From: Planctomycetales bacterium
GTDB lineage: Bacteria; 4484-113
Reading direction: 5' to 3'
Assembly (NCBI GenBank): GCA_037445915.1
Contig: JBBIJQ010000034.1
Location: forward strand, 1-12,721
Length of the DNA: 12,721 bases
Below the pieces are notes generated by a model. It was given only the letters and a program-made list of their open reading frames with translations. It made no database searches and was not told the DNA's origin. Both the position numbers and the translations under genes were made by a program. Positions 7,765 to 12,721 of this stretch are shown here, piece after piece. Positions within the stretch are counted from its first letter, which is position 1, and each line of letters begins with the position of its first letter.

Positions 7765-8787
7765 CTACTTAACTCCCATAACCTTACTCAAGGATTTCGT
7801 CTTGTTAGATTCGTCTGCATACATTGTGCCTGCGGTGCGGTTCTCCCAACGCTTCTTTGCCGCTCCATAAAGCTTGTCGCTGAGCGCTACATAGCCGACT
7901 TCTGCGCAAAGATGTTTGACGTTCGCAAGGTAGAAGTCAACGAACTTCGCCACATCGGGGCGTTGGTATGCTTTGCTGCTCACATAGATAAACAATGGGC
8001 GCGAAAGCGGCGCGTATGTGCCATTGGCAACAGTCTTTGATTCTGGCCTGATGGGGCCAACGCCGTTTTCATCGTTTCCATCGTCAATCGAAACGGCCTT
8101 TAGCTTGCCCATGTTCGCCTCGTAATACGCCATCCCAAAGTATCCCAGGGCATACTGGTCTCGTGCAACCCCCTGAACGAGCACGTTATCATCTTCGCTC
8201 GCGGTGTAGTCGGGGCGGCAGGACTTAGCCTTGCCGACAATAGCCTCGGTGAAGAACTCAAAGGTGCCGGAGTCTGTGCCGGGCCCGTATAGGCGAATCT
8301 CTTTCGCAGGCCAGCCGGGGCGGATATCGCTCCACTTTTTGACTTTACCCTTCGCTTCTGGCTCCCAAAGCTTCTTAAGCTCCGCGAGGGTCATGCTACG
8401 GCACCACGTGTTCTTTGGATTAACAACCACCGTCAATCCGTCAAAAGCAATGGGCAGTTCCACGAAGCCGATGCCCGCGCCATTCGCCTGCTGAACCTCA
8501 GTGGATTTGATTGGGCGCGAAGCAGCGCAGATGTCAATCTCACCGCGCACGAACTTCTTCATTCCGCCGCCGGTCCCGGAGATGCCAACGGTAACTTGGA
8601 CGCCTTTGTTACCCTTCTGGAATTCCTCGGCGACCGCTTCGGTGATTGGATAAACGGTGCTTGAGCCGTCTATGGCGATGATTGCCGAACTCGCAGCGGA
8701 AGCTTCATTCCGGCTCACGATCAAGAAAGTAGCCATAGCTGCGCAAAGGGCGACGATTACTGTTGTCAGATAGAAAAAATGTCTCAT
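7765..8787 (-). CDS. pstS: Phosphate ABC transporter substrate-binding protein PstS (non-lipoprotein copy), 340 aa
   Basis: Same PstS motifs ([40 protein letters not shown]). The hydrophobic N-terminus is followed by ...NEASA|AS with no canonical lipobox; GGAGG RBS. Confidence 0.95.
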   Translation of the reverse strand: MRHFFYLTTVIVALCAAMATFLIVSRNEASAASSAIIAIDGSSTVYPITEAVAEEFQKGNKGVQVTVGISGTGGGMKKFVRGEIDICAASRPIKSTEVQQANGAGIGFVELPIAFDGLTVVVNPKNTWCRSMTLAELKKLWEPEAKGKVKKWSDIRPGWPAKEIRLYGPGTDSGTFEFFTEAIVGKAKSCRPDYTASEDDNVLVQGVARDQYALGYFGMAYYEANMGKLKAVSIDDGNDENGVGPIRPESKTVANGTYAPLSRPLFIYVSSKAYQRPDVAKFVDFYLANVKHLCAEVGYVALSDKLYGAAKKRWENRTAGTMYADESNKTKSLSKVMGVK

Positions 8788-8913
8788 CAGAAATTCCTCC
8801 TAATAAGCGCCGCAAAATAGCGGCACAGCGTTTGTTGATGGCGCACAGGCCTATGCTCCTGCTTGCCGATTATCTGCATTGTGTTAGCGGCTTTCATTGC
8901 GAAGATGCTCCAG

Positions 8914-10254
8914 CTAGAACTTGAAGTTGAAATCAAGCTGAAGCCTGCGGTAATCCTTCGGGTCGCCAAGGCCCTTGTCGTTTAGTAAGTAGGTCAGCGC
9001 CGCCGAGGCTGCGCTGGTTATCTGGTAGGTGAAGCCGAAGCGGTGGCCTTTGCCATCAGTTCCGCCGCCTGCAAAGTCCGAGTCGGTTAGCGCGCCAAGC
9101 ACTGCGTCCTTTTCCACCCTCTTGTAGTCCCAGGCGAGTTGCCAGTCATGGGCAGCCTTGGTCTCGCCGTAAGAAACTCCTATCTGCCATGCAGTATCGT
9201 TCGCAGGGGCGTCCTGGTTCTTCACCCAGTCGCCGTAGAATGAAATGGGCTTTTTAATGCCAGGGCCTTTGAAGGTAATCTCGGCGAATGCTTCCAGCAT
9301 CTTGTAATCGTTGGCGTAAAACGTGTTATTGTCCGCGTCCTTGGTTACAGAATTGCCGAAGCCTTTCTTCAAATCTACCAAAGTCGGCATCCCTGAGATG
9401 TTGCTGTAGTCAAAGTAGCTGCCGCCGAGGGTCCAGCTGCCTTTTGTGAATGTGCCCTTCAAGCCGGCCTGAGCGCCGAGCATTTTCGTGTCGGACTTGT
9501 CGCTGCGCTCGGCCACCCAGAAGTTCGCTGCGTTGAAAAATGGCTTGACGCTTCCCTTCGTCCCGCTAAGCTGAAGCGCAACACCTTCCGGGGTCAGGTC
9601 GCCGTCCCAGATGAGCTGGCCTTTGCCACCCGCAGGCGCAAAGAACGGGTTATTCATCTTTCCGCCTACGAGGCGGAAGCTTCCGGCTACATCGTGGTAA
9701 TCAAAAAAGGCAAGGTCCAAATCAAGGCTCTTACGGCTAAATGAATCGCTAAGTGTCTGGTTTGTAGAAATAGGATCCGGCGAGCCGGTCGCCAGGCGGA
9801 AGCCAAGCGAAAGCTCGGGCGTAACTACGGCATTTAGCCCCAGTCGCGTGCGGATGCGGTCGCGCTGGCGCTTGGTCTTCCCTTCTTCGTCAATACTCTC
9901 ATAACGGTAACGAAGGTCGCCCGTGACCTTCACTTTCTGAGTCCAGGAGTTGTCCTGCGTCTTCTTAGTGGTGTTCAGGATCGCTTCCAGCGCGGACAGG
10001 CGCGAATACATGTCCAGCATCTCTGCTTTCTGTTCGCGGATAATGTCTTTCAGGGATTCGATGTCGGTTACGCCTGCGAGGGGGTCAGCCTCTTCTTCAT
10101 CAAGGCCGGCTTCTTCGGCCTGCGCTTCATCTTGCGCTTCCGGAGTGGCCTCAACGGCTGCAGTACCGGAGTCCTGCGCGGGCTTGGCTTCTTCCGCAAA
10201 TGCAACGAAGCCCATGAGCAGGAAAGCGATTAAACATAGCATTACGATGCGCAT
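8914..10254 (-). CDS. Putative outer-membrane porin (Porin_5-like 'putative porin' family), 446 aa
   Basis: Signal peptide (AFA|EE), acidic linker, short coiled coil, then amphipathic beta-strands: GDLRYRYE, RDRIRTRLG, RLATGSPDPISTNQTL, WDGDLTPEG, DSDFAGGGTDGKG. The C-terminal RLQLDFNFKF ends in Phe (BAM beta-signal). AAGGAGG RBS. The family name is from recalled motifs. Confidence 0.85.
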   Translation of the reverse strand: MRIVMLCLIAFLLMGFVAFAEEAKPAQDSGTAAVEATPEAQDEAQAEEAGLDEEEADPLAGVTDIESLKDIIREQKAEMLDMYSRLSALEAILNTTKKTQDNSWTQKVKVTGDLRYRYESIDEEGKTKRQRDRIRTRLGLNAVVTPELSLGFRLATGSPDPISTNQTLSDSFSRKSLDLDLAFFDYHDVAGSFRLVGGKMNNPFFAPAGGKGQLIWDGDLTPEGVALQLSGTKGSVKPFFNAANFWVAERSDKSDTKMLGAQAGLKGTFTKGSWTLGGSYFDYSNISGMPTLVDLKKGFGNSVTKDADNNTFYANDYKMLEAFAEITFKGPGIKKPISFYGDWVKNQDAPANDTAWQIGVSYGETKAAHDWQLAWDYKRVEKDAVLGALTDSDFAGGGTDGKGHRFGFTYQITSAASAALTYLLNDKGLGDPKDYRRLQLDFNFKF

Positions 10255-10281
10255 ATTGGATTTTCCTCCTTGTAAGTAACA

Positions 10282-10400
10282 ACGCTCATACCTAGACAGA
10301 AGGCGCTACTTCGCTTTGCATGGAGCTTTGGGTCGAAAGGCGCTAATAATGCCCAACCCTGGGAGAATGGGCATCGGCATCGCTGTCTGGATGTGAGCAC
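10282..10400 (-). ncRNA. Candidate structured 5' leader RNA of the porin-pst operon
   Basis: 18-nt terminal arms (10400-10383 with 10299-10282) pair at 16/18 positions. There is an internal 7-bp stem (10349-10355 / 10368-10374) and a duplicated 9-mer (10300-10308, 10337-10345). The element begins at the predicted +1. No known family recognised. Confidence 0.4.
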
Positions 10401-10406
10401 GCGTAG

Positions 10407-10460
10407 AGCTTAGGCAAGGCTGGTTAGCATTTCGTTAGTCTAGTGTGAAGTGTTTATGAG
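10407..10460 (-). promoter_or_regulatory. Four 11-bp-phased Pho-box-like half sites plus -10: PhoB/PhoP-dependent promoter of the porin-pst operon
   Basis: Minus strand: CTCATA (10460-10455), TTCACA (10449-10444), CTAACG (10438-10433) and CTAACC (10427-10422), exactly 11 bp apart; then 9 nt and TAAGCT (10412-10407). No recognisable -35. Confidence 0.7.
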
Positions 10461-10473
10461 CCGTGTGACAGGC

Positions 10474-12264
10474 TCACGCGCCGTTAGGTTTCAATGGGAT
10501 GGTTATCGTAAACACTGATCCTTTACCTACTTCGCTTTGAATGCTAACAGCCCCGCCGTGCGCCTGCGCGATATGCTTGACAATAGCCAGCCCAAGCCCA
10601 GCGCCGCCAAGGCGGCGGTCTCTACCCTTATCTACGCGGTAGAATCGCTCAAAGATGCGATTATGATGCTCGTGCGCGATGCCGCACCCCTGGTCGGCAA
10701 CAGACACTTCTAGCGCCTCCCTGTTCTGTCTTGCGCTGACCTTCACTATGCTGCCAGCTTCGCTGTACTTCACGGCATTGCTGATGAGATTAAGCAACGC
10801 TTGCTCAAGCAAACTCTTGTTCACTTCCGCATGCAATCCTTCTTCGCATTCAACTGCGAGCATGACGCCTGCCTCGTTTGCGGGTTCATGGTAGGCTAAT
10901 ACTGCCTGCTCAAGAATAGGCCGGAGCGAAGCGCCAGAAAGCCTCGCCCGCACATCGCCGGCCTGCAGCTCAATGCGCGTCAAAGCCAATAGCCCTTCAA
11001 TAATTGAATTCAGGCGGTCAGAGTTCCTGATGATGACGCTAAGGCTATGCTTAAGCTCCGCAGGGTCGTCTATTCCATCAAGCAGCGACTCTGCAAAGCC
11101 TTTGATTGCCGAAATCGGCGTGCGAAGCTCATGCGACACATTCGCGACAAATTCGCGGCGCACTTGCTCCAGTTTTCGTTCGCGGGTGACGTCGCGCATC
11201 ACTACGATCGCTCCTAGCTGCCGCCTATCCCGGTCTTGCAGGCGGCTTGTAGAGCACTCGGTGATGCGCTCGCTGCCGTCTGTGGCGCGCAGTATAACTT
11301 CCGCTCTTTCGTTCTCGTAGCCTTCCAACGCGCGCTGCGCAAGCCGGAGCAACTCCGGAATGCGCACCACGTCGCTTATATCTTTGCCTTGCGCGAGCAA
11401 TGCGCTGGTGCCGAGCATGACGGCAGCCGTATCGTTTATAAACATGATCTCAAAGTCGGCTGAAACTGCCAAAACGCCTTCCGCCATTCCTTCAAGCACA
11501 GCGTCCAGTTCGTTGCGTTGGCGTGTAACCTGCTCAAGCAAGCCACTTAGCTGCGCGGCCATAGTGTTGAGCGCTTCAGCTAATCCACCGAATTCCTCAA
11601 CTTGTGATACCTGCAAGCGGAAACCCAGCTCGCCGCTTGCAAAACGCTGAGCGCCTGCTTTCATTTGCCCAAGGCGCGCTCCAATGCGGTGCGAGACTAT
11701 TAAGCTTGCTAAAGCCGCTAGCAAGAGTGCGACGATAGCCGCCACAAGCACCTGATTTTGCAAATCGGCGACAGCGGCTTGAACATTGCGCAGCGGCATT
11801 GAGATGCGCAGGAAACCCAGCACTGGCTCGCTTTCAGCCGGTGGGATGCGCAACGCGAAATACATGAATTCCTCGCGCTCGGTTGAACTGTAACGCGTGG
11901 ACATGCCGCTACCTTGAGCTAGCGCATCCTGAACCTCAGGGCGTTCCAAATGGTTTTCCATTTGCGCGGGAGGGTTATCGGTATCGCTAATGACACGGCC
12001 GTCTGCTCGTATAACGGTAATGCGCACTTTTGCATGCCTGCCGAGTGTTTTGCTGAACTCATCCGCGCCAGCTTCATCATTTGTTAGAAGCAACAACTCG
12101 GCATCTGCGCTGATTAACGCCGCCTTTGATGCAAGCTGCCTTTCGGCATCTCGCATATAGAACGCGCGCATGGATTGGCTCGTGTAAAACGCAAGGCCAA
12201 AAAGCGAAGCCAGCGCAATGAGCAGGTATGTAGGAAATAGTTGCCAAAGCAGCTTGCTTTTCAC
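10474..12264 (-). CDS. phoR: Phosphate regulon sensor histidine kinase PhoR (TM, extracytoplasmic domain, TM, HAMP, PAS, HisKA, HATPase), 596 aa
   Basis: H-box EFVANVSHELRTP, N-box NLISNAVKYS, G1 VADQGCGI, F-box RIFERFYRVDK, G2 GAGLGLAIVKH; PAS LEGMAEGVLAV; extracytoplasmic MENHLERPEV motif typical of long PhoR proteins. The GTG start overlaps the regulator stop (GTGA). Confidence 0.92.
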   Translation of the reverse strand: MKSKLLWQLFPTYLLIALASLFGLAFYTSQSMRAFYMRDAERQLASKAALISADAELLLLTNDEAGADEFSKTLGRHAKVRITVIRADGRVISDTDNPPAQMENHLERPEVQDALAQGSGMSTRYSSTEREEFMYFALRIPPAESEPVLGFLRISMPLRNVQAAVADLQNQVLVAAIVALLLAALASLIVSHRIGARLGQMKAGAQRFASGELGFRLQVSQVEEFGGLAEALNTMAAQLSGLLEQVTRQRNELDAVLEGMAEGVLAVSADFEIMFINDTAAVMLGTSALLAQGKDISDVVRIPELLRLAQRALEGYENERAEVILRATDGSERITECSTSRLQDRDRRQLGAIVVMRDVTRERKLEQVRREFVANVSHELRTPISAIKGFAESLLDGIDDPAELKHSLSVIIRNSDRLNSIIEGLLALTRIELQAGDVRARLSGASLRPILEQAVLAYHEPANEAGVMLAVECEEGLHAEVNKSLLEQALLNLISNAVKYSEAGSIVKVSARQNREALEVSVADQGCGIAHEHHNRIFERFYRVDKGRDRRLGGAGLGLAIVKHIAQAHGGAVSIQSEVGKGSVFTITIPLKPNGA

Positions 12265-12721
12265 GGATTTTCCCTGAAGCGATAGCCAAAGCCGCGCACG
12301 GTTTCAATGTAATTGCCGTACTCGCCCAACTTCTTTCGCAGGCCTACGACTTGCACGTCCACGGCGCGTTCAGTGACCATGTAATCCGCGCCGCGCACCG
12401 CTTCAACGATTTGGTAGCGCGTGAACACCCACCCAGGATGCAAGGCAAGATGGTGCAGCAGCTTGAATTCGCTTGAAGTCAGCGAGACAGGTTTTCCGCG
12501 CACAGCAACTACATGCCGGCAGGGATCAATCGTAATTTCACCTGCGATTATGGTCGCCATAGAATCAGGCTCTTTTAAAGTCCGCCGCCTAAGCACGGCC
12601 TTGATGCGCGAAATTAGCACTCGCGTGCTAAAAGGCTTGGTGATGTAATCGTCAGCGCCCATTTCCAGCCCCAGCACGATGTCCGCATCTTCGCTTTTGG
12701 CTGTGAGCATGACAATGGGCA
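12261..12721 (-). CDS. phoB: OmpR/PhoB-family response regulator PhoB/PhoP (5'-truncated at the right edge)
   Basis: Receiver tail PIVMLTAKSEDADIVLGLEMGADDYITKPFS and winged helix LTSSEFKLL...ERAVDVQVVGLRKKLG...IETVRGFGYRF; coupled to phoR and adjacent to the pst genes. Confidence 0.88.
   Translation of the reverse strand, partial: PIVMLTAKSEDADIVLGLEMGADDYITKPFSTRVLISRIKAVLRRRTLKEPDSMATIIAGEITIDPCRHVVAVRGKPVSLTSSEFKLLHHLALHPGWVFTRYQIVEAVRGADYMVTERAVDVQVVGLRKKLGEYGNYIETVRGFGYRFRENP

Noticed and set aside
190..12648. Numerous short antisense or alternate-frame ORFs in the track (e.g. 802..1248, 4140..4670, 5629..6273, 6539..6964, 9950..10279)
   Set aside because: These are shadow ORFs lying over well-supported genes in GC-rich DNA, with no motifs or RBS support.
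1..12721. CRISPR array, integrase/transposase, att-site duplication, defence or phage genes
   Set aside because: No regularly spaced repeats were seen, no second copy of the tRNA 3' end was noticed by eye, and all long ORFs are accounted for by other families.

Overview
Bacterial genomic window of about 12.7 kb, from a diderm as implied by an outer-membrane beta-barrel. The right three quarters (3161 to >12721, minus strand) is a Pho-regulon phosphate-acquisition cluster: phoB/phoP (5'-truncated), phoR, a putative porin, two tandem pstS paralogues, pstC, pstA, pstB and phoU. 11-bp-phased Pho-box-like repeats lie upstream of the porin and of the pstC-proximal pstS. The left quarter appears more GC-rich. 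It holds a 3'-truncated Rossmann-fold gene resembling archaeal-type (class II) GAPDH (absent from the ORF track), a YchF/OLA1-like ATPase with a degenerate G domain, a divergently transcribed iron-sulfur flavoprotein, tRNA-Pro(CGG) and a stand-alone receiver domain. No CRISPR array, transposase or integrase was seen. The gene content is mostly a known system. The best candidates for something undescribed are: (i) a ~119-nt multi-branch RNA structure that starts at the predicted Pho-dependent transcription start of the porin-pst operon; (ii) the Arg-rich non-OprO/P porin as a candidate phosphate channel; (iii) two differently anchored PstS paralogues with a probable gene-conversion tract; (iv) the YchF lacking its K+-binding and catalytic residues. 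All family assignments come from recalled motifs; no database search or folding program was run.
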